Part shown: one piece after another, positions 24,480 through 36,269 of the stretch
How positions within the stretch are numbered: the first letter of the stretch is position 1
How the letters are laid out: the number at the start of each line of letters is the position of its first letter
From: Eledone cirrhosa
Taxonomy: Eukaryota
DNA length: 64,000 nt
Direction: 5' to 3'
NCBI GenBank assembly: GCA_964016885.1
Contig: OZ024742.1
Span: 356,500,001-356,564,000, forward strand
Made by a program: the position numbers and the translations under genes
The notes under the pieces: model-generated
Told to the model about the DNA's origin: nothing
Databases searched by the model: none
The model's input: the letters and a program-made list of their open reading frames with translations, nothing else

Positions 24480-25870
24480 ATAGGAACAAGTAAGACCCCG
24501 ACGGCTGAGCTCAAGCCGTTTCGACGGCTAATTCTGGACTGAATGAACATTTATTCTGGTATTTAAATAGCCGAGCTTATCAAGGGGTAATTCCATATAT
24601 GGTCAAAGAGATAATCACCAGGATTGGTCACATCACAAGTTAGTAGTAAATCTGTGATGGTAAATTGGTGGGGGAAGGGGTAGCTGAACCTGCCGGTAGG
24701 AGGAAAAGAGAGTGGGGGTGGAGTAGACCCATTCATGCGTTGGTAGTGCCGGCTACAGCTGGATGTGAGGTCAAAGAAGATACTGGGGAGGGGGAGGGGG
24801 AGGAAGTCGAAACGGTAGGTAGAACAATGCAGGGTAAAACTATAAAAAGTACTGAGAGAGCAAAAAATAAGCAAAGTCTGGTTACTAAGACTTAAGTCTC
24901 TCGCTATTGCTAGGCTAAAGAAATACATGAATTTCCCTAGTCCTTCTACCCCAGTTCCCTTTCTTTGTCGTCGTCTTTTTCTCGCCCACCCGAGGTAGCC
25001 CCTCGGTCCCTTGTAACTTCAGCACCACCACCCCCCTCCCTTTTCTATGATAGATTTGGCTGACTCCGCTTTTTATAGCAGAGGTGTTAGACTTCGGATA
25101 CACGCCCCCTTCTCCGACCGCTGTCCCTTTTTTCCGTGCCCTCTATATTTCTTAGTGGCATCTTTGCTTTAATTTCTCGTTTATCCAGTATTTCTTTCCT
25201 CTTTTTCCCTTTTTTTTTGGGGGGGGGGGGGGTTCTGTATTAATTTTCCGTTCTTTACTTTTACTTCGTACGATCTTTCATGTAGCTTGTATAATACTTT
25301 TTGTTTCGTGGCGGTACCCTTAGAGTTAGCACGAGTATTTTTTTGCGGGACCTTGAATTATATTCTCGTACTAGTTTACTTTCTTGCTCTGGGTGGTTCT
25401 GGTCCTGTGATTGGGGTAGAAACCTTTATTATTTCGTGGTAGTCTCTTTAGTATTTTGCCCCCCCCCCCCCCCCCCTGTTGACCCGTCACCGTACGATAC
25501 ACGCACTTATACCTCGTATAAGGGTCCCTTTATTTCCGTCCCACCTAGTTTATTTTTATTTATTTTTCTTCATTATATATATATTTTTTTAAAATTTATT
25601 TATCTATTCTTTTATTCACTTATTTGTTTATTTATTTATATATTTATGTATTTCTTTAGCCTAGCAATAGCGAGAGACTTAAGTCTTAGTAACCAGACTT
25701 TGCTTATTTTTTGCTCTCTCAGTACTTTTTATAGTTTTACCCTGCATTGTTCTACTTACCGTTTCGACTTCCTCCCCCTCCCCCTCCCCAGTATCTTCTT
25801 TGACCTCACATCCAGCTGTAGCTGGCACTACCAACGCATGAATGGGTCTACCAATCCTGGTGATTATCTC
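24480..25870. repeat. ORF-less repeat with ~205-bp inverted duplication and terminal hammerhead
   Basis: 24723-24928 is the reverse complement of 25646-25851; 25851-25870 matches 24610-24628. Confidence 0.85.
24495..24588 (-). ncRNA. Candidate non-canonical type-I hammerhead (UUGAUAA core)
   Basis: acccc TTGATAA g..cggcta...tagccg.c GAAA cggct-tgagctc-agccg TC ggggt. Confidence 0.72.
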
Positions 25871-26135
25871 CTTGAGCTAGACACTTTATTTCACGTTGCT
25901 CCTTCTAGCTGGAGTCGCGGCTTATAAATAGTACTAGCGATTGGAAAGACCGACGGCAACATTGTTTCCTCGGTCCAATTTGACGAAAGTCGATCGATCC
26001 TATATATATATATATATATATATATATCGTAAAGTATGCAAAATAACCAATGAACCAATGTCTATGAAAACAAATATTTATATCACAACAACACTTTTTT
26101 GCTATAGCATTTGTTACTTAAACTTTTACAGATAT

Positions 26136-26375
26136 ATCATCATCATCATCACCGTTTTATGTCCATTCTTCCACGCTAGCATGGGTTAGAAGGGTTTTCC
26201 TGTTGTGAGCAGTGCCCAGTCGGCTGACCATGTCTTGCTCATACGGGAACTGATTCTGGTTTGATTTCTACAGCTGGCTGCCCTTCCTAACACCAACCTC
26301 ATTTACAGTGAGTGATGGGTGCTTTTTTTCCATGGCGCCTACACGACCACTTTGCAGTGGGAAGAGTGGGGTGGG
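26136..26375 (-). mobile_element. SINE S1-related body/tail, headless, inverted relative to the neighbouring copy
   Basis: (cat)n tail; gcccttcctaacaccaacctcatttacagtgagtgatgggtgc is the reverse complement of ~26690-26735. Confidence 0.8.
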
Positions 26376-26482
26376 GGAATATTGTCTATATGCTTCAGCT
26401 TCGGCATGTACCCCTGGGGGTTCGGGTTTTCTGTATTTCTGTGTGGCGCCAGATGTCACGGTCGTGTGTATATATATATAGA

Positions 26483-26828
26483 TGGAGGCACATGGCTTAG
26501 TGGTTAGAGCATTGGCCTTGCAATCGAAAGGTTGTGAGTTCAATTCTCAGACCAGATGATGTGTTGTTTCCTTGAGCAAGACACTTTATTTCACATTGCT
26601 CCAGTTTACTCAGCTGTAGAAATGAGATGATAGGGACTGGGGTCCATATCATTCCACTGTAGTGTGGTCGTGGAGGTGCCATGGAAAAAAAGCACCCATC
26701 ACTCACTGTAAATGAGGTTGGTGTTAGGAAGGGCATCCAACTGTAGAAATCAAGCCAGAATCAGTTCCCGTCCCACCCTTGCAAGCAGGGAAAAGCGGAC
26801 GTAAAAGGAAATGATGATGATGATGATA
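26483..26828 (+). mobile_element. SINE S1, full length
   Basis: Same head, body and tail as 10475-10812. Confidence 0.92.
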
Positions 26829-26854
26829 TATATATATTCAATGTGGTCTACCCT

Positions 26855-27999
26855 TCGGATTAAAACCAAGTGCCTCCTTAATGGCAATTGCTTGATTAGC
26901 AGTATAGTGTATTAATGTAAGGTAATTACTAAGGATTCTATGCTATCCTACATAGGAGCTACCTCTAACTCATTCAAGAAAATTTTCTATTCTCATACAC
27001 ATTCTTTTAAAATTACTAAATTGGTTAACACCACCTCTTTAGCAGAACTTTTTAGCAATTTTAAAAGGAAAAATATACCATACAAACTAGATTGGAGTGT
27101 CCTTAAAGAACTAACTCATACCTAGATGAACTGTTCCAAATAATGAAATCTAATGATAGGTTACTAAATAAAAAGCAAGACTTAATTATTTCATGTAATC
27201 ATAAAATCCTGTAAACTTCTAAATACTATAAACCAACATAATACCTTAAATCAATTTAGTCATAACTCGTTTCTTCAAATAAGTAAGACACAACTGCAAA
27301 TAATTTATTCTTACCAGGATAATTTACATATAGAATAAAGGCTGGTTGAGAATTAATTAAATCTGAATTAATTTGTTCCTTAAAAAGCTGATATCATACT
27401 TCTTCATTTCAATAACAAGACTAATCGAAATATATTCTAACTAACCAAATTGACTTAATGGGAGCCATATACCTCTATCTAAGCCTTTGTAAATAATTAA
27501 AATCAATATCCAAATCAGAAATCTTAATCCAATTTTAATTACCTAACATTAAAATGACCCAACCTGGGATAAATTTTTAGCCTTAACATTTACTTTATAC
27601 CACTCAATATTTTTCCAATGTTGGAGTTACAATTCACCTATAATATGTCTTAAGAATTAATTCAAACAACCTATACATTTAACACAAAATTCTTCCTATA
27701 TACGAGCTTCATTACCAATCCTATATCAGTTAACTTAAGAAATACATGTTTCTCTTACTATGTATGTATTTGTACATACATATATAACCTTGATTAGAAT
27801 ACATGATCTACCTTCTAAATTGGGTTTTATTAAATATTATTAATTTATCTAATATTGTTTATTAAATAGTGCTTGCTCAAGTTAGCAATAAGTTTGGTTA
27901 TTTGACGCATTATGAGGCTTCCAAATAACCAAACTTATTTCTTATTTATATTTGTATCTCATTCCACAATGCTTCAAGCAAACTACCTACAACACCTTA
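26855..27999 (+). mobile_element. Degenerate PLE 3' fragment (GIY-YIG remnant + AT-rich 3' region)
   Basis: KTKCLLNGNCLISSIVY*C..LSYIGATSNSFKK..YSHTHSFK, homologous to the 12300-12530 region; extent of the non-coding part uncertain. Confidence 0.7.
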
Positions 28000-28012
28000 T
28001 ACACACACACAT

Positions 28013-28053
<41 letters not shown>

Positions 28054-28067
28054 CATATATATACATA

Positions 28068-28368
28068 TGGAGGCACATGGCTTAGAGGTTAGAGCATTGG
28101 CCTTACAATCGAAAGGTTGTGAGTTCAATTCTCAGACTGGGTGATGTGTTGTTTCCTTGAGCAAGACACTTTATTTCACACTGCTCCAGTTTACTCAGCT
28201 GTAGAAATGGACGTGTAGGCGCCACGGAAAAAAAGCACCCAGCACTCACTGTAAATGAGGTTGGTGTTAGGAAGGGCATCCAGCTGTAAAAATCAAGCCA
28301 GAATCAGTTCCCGTCCCACCATTGCAAGCAGGGAAAAGCGGATGTAAAATGAAATGAAATGAAATGAT
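28068..28368 (+). mobile_element. SINE S1 with internal deletion
   Basis: Same head and tail; lacks ~45 bp after ctgtagaaatg. Confidence 0.9.
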
Positions 28369-29796
28369 ATAGTAAATGGCATTAATACAGAAGTGTAAAT
28401 ATTGATTTCAAAATTGCATATATAATTATATAGGTTTTGAACTTCTTGCACTGAACTTGTTTGCCAAATGACCTGACATGAAACTGTTTATAAGAATATC
28501 CAATAATGTTAAATTCACTTCAAATTGTTTTTTACATCAAGATAAAGATTATTAATTTAAAGATCCTTTCTCCAAAATTCTTCAGACTAAATGTGTTTTG
28601 GATTTTGAATATAAGAACTTTATATGTGTGCATCTTGAAAATGTGACAGCTTGGGTATCAACATTGTCAGCATCTGCTTTTCTTTCTCCTCGTGAGAGTG
28701 CTGTGCGGGTCAGATTCCTTGGGTATGCCTTCCAGATGGTTACATTAGAAGCAACTGTCTTCATATGATCCAGCTGGATCCCTAAGTGAGGCCAACTGAA
28801 CTCGTGTATGTTATCCAACTATCTCACACAAGGTCTGTCTCTGAGACAAAGGCTAAACACATTATTCTTTCAAATTTCATGCGAAAAATATTCTGTGAAA
28901 ATAGATTTATATAAGTTTTGTGTTAGTCCATTTTCACTAGAAAGAGTTTTGCTTTGGGAATGCTTTGCTTTTCACCGAAACATATCCATATATTGCACTT
29001 GTGCTTTACCTTGTCAACCACACAAAATAGCTTCAGATCTCTAAACATCTCTTTACACTCTTATGTCTTTTAAATCTTTCAAATAAACACAAGTAAATTC
29101 TCCCTTTTTTGGAAATAATATTTTAACATTTATAATATTGAAATATATAAATACGGAAACAACTTTTTAAAAATTCATAAAATAATGAAATAATTTTGAC
29201 AGAAATACACCCCCATCCCTTGTTTCATATTTGTTTACAAAAATTGAAAAGGTGACTTGATTTGTTACATAGGGCAGCCAGATCTCCCTGAAAAAATAGT
29301 AGAGATGAAGGCACCCTCTCTATCCCACTTTTTTCTTAAAAAGTTATGAGAAAGATAGACACAAATAAATTATTGATATAATGGTGACCTTGGAGTATAA
29401 TAATTTTCTTTTGGTTTCACAAATGTATAATATCAGTAATGATATTACCCTAGCAATAAGACTTTGAAACAAGTGAGGATGTAATATTGTTATAGCAATT
29501 ATAATTTAAAGAAATGGAGAAAACATTTTTCATGCATATTTATGAGAAATTGTGCCTATTGATGACCTGCATTAGGCTCATACGAGGAATTTACATACAA
29601 GCAAAGTATTATTATATTCTGGAGTACTAAGCAGCAAAGGACTAGTAACTTCCTTCAGATTGTTAATTATTTTCAAAATGTTTTGAACACTGCAGGGAGT
29701 GTCTTTCATTTGTGAAACGCCCAATGAGTGATATCGGACCCTTAAATATATTTTCCATGCGATAACATCTGACTGATAAAATGACAAGTCAGTCAA

Positions 29797-30020
29797 TCAT
29801 ATTGGTGGCCTCCCCACAGCCCCGGTGGACAGAATAGAGAAGGCGTTTCCCCAGAGGACGGCAAGGGAGACACGCTGGAAAAGCCATTCTAACTCGTAGG
29901 GCTCAACTCTGAGGCTGGCCAGCTCAGCGCCTATGGTGATGAATAGGGAGGTAGCCCTAGGGCTGAGGACACCAGAAGTCTCTACTGCCAAGGGTACAAC
30001 CGCAAACCTGTCGGAGAGTG
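29797..30020 (-). mobile_element. CRE-like LINE C-terminal (restriction-like endonuclease) fragment
   Basis: VPLAVETSGVL...WLFQRVSLAVLWGNAFSIL. Confidence 0.75.
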
Positions 30021-30719
30021 ACATTATAAATATGGAAACTAAGGGAAATTAAGTGGTGTGAATTAAATAACTGAAGAATGAGTAATGCTAAGGTAGAAGT
30101 ATAATTGAAAACTATTTGATAGGAAATAAGTGTGGATGTAAAGTAAAACAATATAAGTACTGGCAAAGATGATGTAGGTAAATATGAGGGATAGGTATTT
30201 TTAATGAAATTTACACAAATAAATACATAAAATATAAATAAATGTCTGACGACAGAAAGTCTATATTTTTAAGTAAATAGGTAGATAGGATTCTCGTTGT
30301 CCAAGGGATATAATTTGTATGTAACTAGAAACAGTGAATGGTATAATTATTGTGAGATCTGGGGGGTTGGATTGGAAGAAACAGAGCATTAGACAAAATG
30401 TTTTGCAGTATTTGTTTCAGCTTTCTAGATTCTGAGTTCAAATTTTGATGGGACCAACTTTGTATTTTATATTAACATGGGCGATAAAATAAATTACCTG
30501 TTAACTTTCTCCTTTTCCCCAAATTGCTGCCCCTGTGTCTATGTTAGAATTATGACTGGTATATAATTCAAATTAGTGTCAATAATGAAGTATGGAGTTG
30601 GTTATATCAAAAGAAAGTGACATTTAGTAAATCAAAACAAAATATATATTATATTTCATCATCATCATCATCATCTTCGTTTAACGTCCATTTTCCATGC
30701 TATGAGATAGAAGATAAAT

Positions 30720-31825
30720 CACAGTTCTGGGACAGCATTTCTCTCACCATATGAGATGTCATCTGGTGTATCACAGGGATCTGTTCTTGACCCCCTTTTG
30801 TTTGTGGCATATATTGATGACATAGATGCCAACTTAAAGAATGCCACAGTACTAAAGTACACAGATGACATCAAGCTGTACCTTGAGATAAAAAGGACAG
30901 ATCCTGAACACTATAGATCTTGCTTGCAGTCTGACCTGGACACAATGCAACAATGAATCTCAGACTGGCAATTCAAGCTAGCTGTGGACCATGCCATTTG
31001 GGAGAAAAAACCCAGCATCCACATACTCCCTCCACAGCACTAATATCAAGAAGTCTTCTTGTGAACATGTCCTAGGCATTACGGTCAGCAGCGATTTGCG
31101 ATGGACGAAGCACGTCTATAAAATTGTCAAGAGGGCCGAGGGTTTCTTAGCATCACTCAGCAAGACCTTTGTCAGCCGCTCTCCAGATATCTATTTAAGG
31201 CTGTACATGGCTATGGTGCGGCCACACTTAAAATTTGCATCACCAGTCTGGAACCCCTATCTTGCTCAGGACATTGACCGCCTGGAAACTGTTCAGAGAC
31301 GTGCAACCAAGCGAATACCCTCCATCAGGCATCTACCATACTCTGAACGCCTTGCTTCCCTGGGCATGGATACATTGAAGCTCCGACGCCTGGCAACTGA
31401 CTTGGTAAACACCCACAAAATTGTTAACCATCTTGCCAACAACAACCCTGAGTACCTTTTTGATTTCCATGTGTCTAGCACACATGGACATGCCCACAAA
31501 GTCAGAAAACAGCACAGTTCCCATGACTTTCGGAAACATTTTTTCACGCCCAGAGTTGCTGAAGCATTGAACAAACTACCTGCATCGGTTGTTAGCTGTC
31601 GAGACACTGCATCCTTTAAAACCTCCATGCTTCCCGAGATGCGCCAACACTACACCTAATGTTCCCCCTCCATACACATACACACATGTATATCATGACT
31701 CATACACTATTCACTTCCCTGCATTTCTATATTATTCTATGTACTATACATGCACCTTTGACGAGTTGTAGTGCACCTGAGCACTTTACACAATAATTTC
31801 ATTATTATTATTATTATTATTATTA
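30720..31825 (+). mobile_element. CR1-group LINE family C, 3' fragment with (ATT)n tail
   Basis: SGVSQGSVL, YTDD, VRPHLKFA, LETVQRRATK; homologous to 36270-37380 (minus strand). Confidence 0.93.
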
Positions 31826-32582
31826 ATTGAAATTATAATGGGATGAAATAGAGATATATAGGAAAGTATGAAAAAATAAACTAGTAAAAAGAAAATTTAT
31901 CTTCGTTTTTGAACCTGCATGTTCACACAAAATCTAATCTTAAAAACTAAAAAACAACAAAAGTAAGACATTTTCTACAGCTAGTTTAATAAAACTAAAT
32001 CAATAATGCAAACAAGTTATTAATATTTTTACAAGGCAAATAGTTAATTAGTTCATAGTTTATTGCCTATTCCATCCAATCTAGGAAGCAAAAATTACTT
32101 CAATTAATATTTTGTTCACATTAAATAAAGAATTGAAATAATAATTCTTTTCAATTAATAAAACATAAATACAATAAAATCTTATAAAAAATCAAATAAT
32201 TTCTTGTATACTGGAGAAACAATGAGATAGTTTTATGTTAAATAATAAAGGTGAAAGTAATAAAAATGTAAAGTTAATTATTTTGTTGGAAGATAATAGT
32301 GAATATTCTACTTGGTGAAAATGATGACTATCTGGTGATTTGATTAACATGATAGTGTTTAATGATATTAAGGATATAATTTATTCTCTATCATGTGAAA
32401 ATATATCATGTAAATACAATTCAATGGGGAAAGAAAAAAAAATAGATTGTGAAAATAGAATGGAAGGTAAAATAAGAAAATATAAAATCGGAAAAAGGAA
32501 GGGAAATGCGAGGGCTCTAGTGACACATAAGAATGAGGAGGGGGTCATTGGGCTCTGGACCTAGGGCATGGTAGTAATGGAG

Positions 32583-32815
32583 CTACACCCCACGGACAAT
32601 GGCCAGTGATACACACTGCAACAGCCACCCCACCTCACTGGGCTCCTTTCTCAGACGGGCCACCGATGTTCTGATCTTGCAAAGGAGCTCAGCAGTATGG
32701 GGTCCATGTATTTCTGAGGTCTCATGAGACAACTGGTGCGAAGAGGAAGTGGCTGGACAATTCTCTGCATAGCAGGCTGCAGTACCGACATTTGTGGCCA
32801 AAGAGTCTGTAGCTA
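32583..32815 (-). mobile_element. CRE-like LINE C-terminal fragment
   Basis: ETSEIHGP..EPSEVGWLLQCVSLAIVRG. Confidence 0.65.
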
Positions 32816-33059
32816 TCAGGTTGCTCAGAAATTAAAACTGGTATTTAAACATTGATATGAAACTCTGAGGAGAGCTGGACAGCAGAAGGTCTTCAGAGGA
32901 GAAACCTCACTCAAGCGAGTGTTTTGCCACTCTTACATTCTAAGGGTGCTAGGCTGCATCAAGGTCATGACTTCTGGGCCCCCTTCTGCTGACATTTAGC
33001 CATTTGGATATTAAAGACATTAAATCTAAAACAACATATCTCAGTCCAGAATAAACATT

Positions 33060-33430
33060 TTTGAATGAAATAAAATACATTCGAATTTAAAACGTGTTGT
33101 CAACAAGATACAGTTTAACTATTCTGGTAGTATAGAATTCTGAAGTTCTGGAGGAGATGTATTCTTCAAAGGCATACGTTGCTGTTATTTTGTTGTTAAA
33201 GATTTAATGCTTGAAATAGTAATATTCAGTTAGTAAAAGATACAGTGGGTAACATAGTTAAAGCAGAGTTTCTTAGCTCTATTTGACCATCTTCTGGAGT
33301 GTTGGTTGTGTGATGTAAGATGAGGTGTTGTTGTGCAAGAAGACTGGACATCTGTTGATGAATGCTTGACACATTCACTGCAATTTTGATGCATTTCATC
33401 AATTTCATCACAATGAAAAATACTGAGATC
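33060..33430 (-). mobile_element. Highly decayed mariner transposase C-terminus
   Basis: Across frames: EIDEMHQ, LHNN..QPTLQK, TEYYYFKH, AFEEYISSRTSEFYTTRI; resembles cecropia/Hsmar1-type C-termini. Confidence 0.7.
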
Positions 33431-33579
33431 CTTTCACATAGTTAGTAGACTTAGTAAAAAAAAGATTTCTAATTTAGGCACAAAGCTAGCAATTTAGTCA
33501 TTTTTATCAACCCTAGTACAAGACTGGTATTTTATCAACCTCAATGGGATAAATATTGGGAACTATCAAATAAATATAT

Positions 33580-33760
33580 TTTCAAGCCTGTAGCATTTGA
33601 AATGTTTGATGGAGTTGGGCTGTTGACAGTGAAGTTCTTATCATCTTTAGTAGCTCACCTTACAGATGTATCAGGTGATGCCTGTGAGTGTACTTGGTTG
33701 TTTCAGGGCCATAGCCTCACCATAAACCACGGTAATTCTGCACGCATGTTAACTTGCCTC
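33580..33760 (+). mobile_element. CRE-like LINE C-terminal fragment
   Basis: FKPVAFEMFDGVG...SGDACECTWLFQGHSLTINHGNS. Confidence 0.65.
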
Positions 33761-33771
33761 AAAATTTTACA

Positions 33772-33984
33772 TTAACCCTCTAGCATTTAAACCAGCCATA
33801 TCCTGCCAGAAATCTCTCACCTCTTTCTGTACAAACTGGCAATAACTGTCCGCTCATACTGATGTTAAGGTTTTGTTCTCAAAATAAATAATATCAAAAT
33901 CTTGTAGATTTAATATTATGTGAGATAAAGCCTTTACTGTGAAAATATAGTAAATATAGAGTAATGTAAATGCTAAAGGGTTCA
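33772..33984. mobile_element. piggyBac-like MITE
   Basis: TTAA-ccctctagcattta ... taaatgctaaaggg-TTCA terminal inverted repeats; second copy inverted at 41641. Confidence 0.8.
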
Positions 33985-34159
33985 CCCTCGTGATGTGTGA
34001 CTGATTGTCACACTCAATGAATTGATGGTTGCTTTTGTTTGCTTGTTTTTCTTTTCTTTTCCCTTATCTCATACTTTGATCATATATTTTTGTGCATTAC
34101 ACCATTATGTGAGGTTCCTAGCAATTATTAATTGTATTTATTATATGGGATTGAAGGCA

Positions 34160-34375
34160 GATGATTGGCAGTATCGGTAGAGAGCTGGACGCCATGCTTT
34201 ACAGCATAGAGTTGCGCCCTTTACTATCTGAGTTCAAATCCTGCCAAGGTTAACTTTGCCTTTCATCCTTACGGGGTCGATAAAATAAAGTACCAGTAAT
34301 GCACTGGGGTCGATTTAATCGACTTTCTCCTCCACCCAAAATTACTGGCCTTTTTCCTATAGTAGAAATTATTAT
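34160..34375 (+). mobile_element. SINE S2
   Basis: Homologous to 23860-24050, with an extra internal block. Confidence 0.88.
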
Positions 34376-34493
34376 AATAAATAATGAAATTATTGTGTAC
34401 AGTGCTCAGGTGCACTACAAATCATCAAAGGTGCATGTATAGTACATAGAATAATGTACAAATGTCAGGAAAATGAACAATGTATGAGTCATG

Positions 34494-34496
<3 letters not shown>
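34376..34496 (-). mobile_element. 3'UTR fragment of LINE family C
   Basis: Reverse complement of ~31690-31810. Confidence 0.88.
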
Positions 34497-34540
<44 letters not shown>

Positions 34541-36257
34541 GGGGTATGGGGTCCTGGGAGACAGAGTTGACATCAACTGGAGTATCCTTGGGAAGCGTGA
34601 AGATCAAGAGAGGTATCTTCCAGGGAGATAGCCTGTCCCCTCTGTTGTTTGTCCTTGCCCTGATGCCCTTGACCATTATGCTGCGAAAAGTGAGAGCAGG
34701 ATACAAGTTGGGAAGGGGAGAGCTTACCATCAATCACCTCCTCTTCATGGACGATCTTAAGCTCTTCGGGAAAAGTGAGAAGGAGTTGGATGTGCTTGTT
34801 GACACTGTCCGTATTTTCAGCAGTGATATATGTATGCAGTTTGGTATTGGTAAATGTGGAGTCATTGTGATGAGGAGGGGTAGGTTGAGCAGAAGTAACG
34901 GGATCCAGATACCAACAGGTGAGATGATAAAGGAAATTGACTCTGAGGAAGGATACAAGTATTTGGGCGTTCTGGAGGCTGATGGCATAAAGAACAAAAA
35001 AATGAAGGAATTGTTAAGAACTGAATACATTCGGAGAGTAAGGAGCGTATTGAAGTCACATCTGAACAGCAGAAATGCCATAAGCGCAGTAAATTCCCGA
35101 GCTGTGTCTATTATTAGGTACAGTGCGGGAATTCTGAGATGGAATGTTGCTGAACAAAAAGAAATGGATAGGAAGACTAGGAAGCTATTGACTATCTACA
35201 ACATGTTCCACAAGAGGAGTGATGTCGATAGACTCTACCTAAGGAGATCTGAGGGTGGAAGAGGTCTTATCAGCATAGAGGACTGTGTTCAGATGGAGAA
35301 AAACAACCTATACAAATACGTGACCTATAGTAAGGAGCCAATGCTCAGAGCTGTACTGAAGGAGGGGACAGTAGGCCAGGGGATATCCAAGGAGGAAATA
35401 ACATCAAGGAGGAAGAGCAGCCTTAAGGGAAAATCCCTTCATAGTACCTTCTTTGAGAAAACTGAATTTAGAGATCCACAGACATGGAACTGGTTGAGAA
35501 GAGGAGACCTCAAAAAGGCTACAGAAGGAATGCTAATGGCTGCGCAGGAGCAGGCCCTCAAAACGAAGTGGTTGAAGCACCATATCTACAAGGAGGAGGC
35601 TAGCCCACTGTGCAGGATCTGTGGAGAGAGAGAGGAGACTGTGGCTCACATTGTGTCCGAGTGTAAACACCTAGCCCAGACCCACTATAAGGGCTGGAGA
35701 CACGATGTGATGGGCAGGGTGATCCACTGGCACCTGTGCAAAGTAAACAATCTACCACATTCTGAGAAATGGTATGAGCATAGGCCAGAGGCGGTGATGG
35801 AGAACAGTCAGGTGAAGGTGCTGTGGGATTTTAGGATACAGACGGACAAAAAACTGGAACACAATAGACCTGACCTGGTGGTTGTGGACAAAGAAAAAAG
35901 ATCGTGCCTGATTGTGGATGTGGCCTGCCCGTTCGACACGAGAGTGCAAGAGAAGGAGAGGGAGAAAATTAACCGATACCAGGACCTAAAGTGGGAGGTG
36001 AAAAGGATTTGGAACTGCCATGAAGTCAAAGTGATCCCGATTGTCATAGGCGCACTGGGGACTATCTCCAAAGGTTTCCAGGGATGGTTAAAGAAAATCG
36101 GCCCCTTCACGCTTTTTGGAACGCTTCAAAAGGCATGCTTGCTTGGAACGGCAAGAACCCTCCGATACGTCCTGAATATCTGAGGCTGCAGGTAGTGGCT
36201 TGATATTCAATCCAACGGACTTTCCAGTTAACCAACATCAATGACTGAGATTCAAGG
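34541..36257 (+). mobile_element. R4/Dong-type RLE LINE family D, 5'-truncated, embedded in (AAT)n
   Basis: Flanked by (aat)n at 34497-34540 and 36258-36283. Confidence 0.92.
34546..36183 (+). CDS. Uninterrupted C-terminal half of R4/Dong ORF (RT, CCHC finger, restriction-like endonuclease)
   Basis: GIFQGDSLSPLLF, FMDDLKL, CRICGEREETVAHIVSEC, RPDLVVVD..IVDVACP..EKEREK. Confidence 0.88.
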   Translation: MGSWETELTSTGVSLGSVKIKRGIFQGDSLSPLLFVLALMPLTIMLRKVRAGYKLGRGELTINHLLFMDDLKLFGKSEKELDVLVDTVRIFSSDICMQFGIGKCGVIVMRRGRLSRSNGIQIPTGEMIKEIDSEEGYKYLGVLEADGIKNKKMKELLRTEYIRRVRSVLKSHLNSRNAISAVNSRAVSIIRYSAGILRWNVAEQKEMDRKTRKLLTIYNMFHKRSDVDRLYLRRSEGGRGLISIEDCVQMEKNNLYKYVTYSKEPMLRAVLKEGTVGQGISKEEITSRRKSSLKGKSLHSTFFEKTEFRDPQTWNWLRRGDLKKATEGMLMAAQEQALKTKWLKHHIYKEEASPLCRICGEREETVAHIVSECKHLAQTHYKGWRHDVMGRVIHWHLCKVNNLPHSEKWYEHRPEAVMENSQVKVLWDFRIQTDKKLEHNRPDLVVVDKEKRSCLIVDVACPFDTRVQEKEREKINRYQDLKWEVKRIWNCHEVKVIPIVIGALGTISKGFQGWLKKIGPFTLFGTLQKACLLGTARTLRYVLNI

Positions 36258-36269
36258 AATAACAATAAC

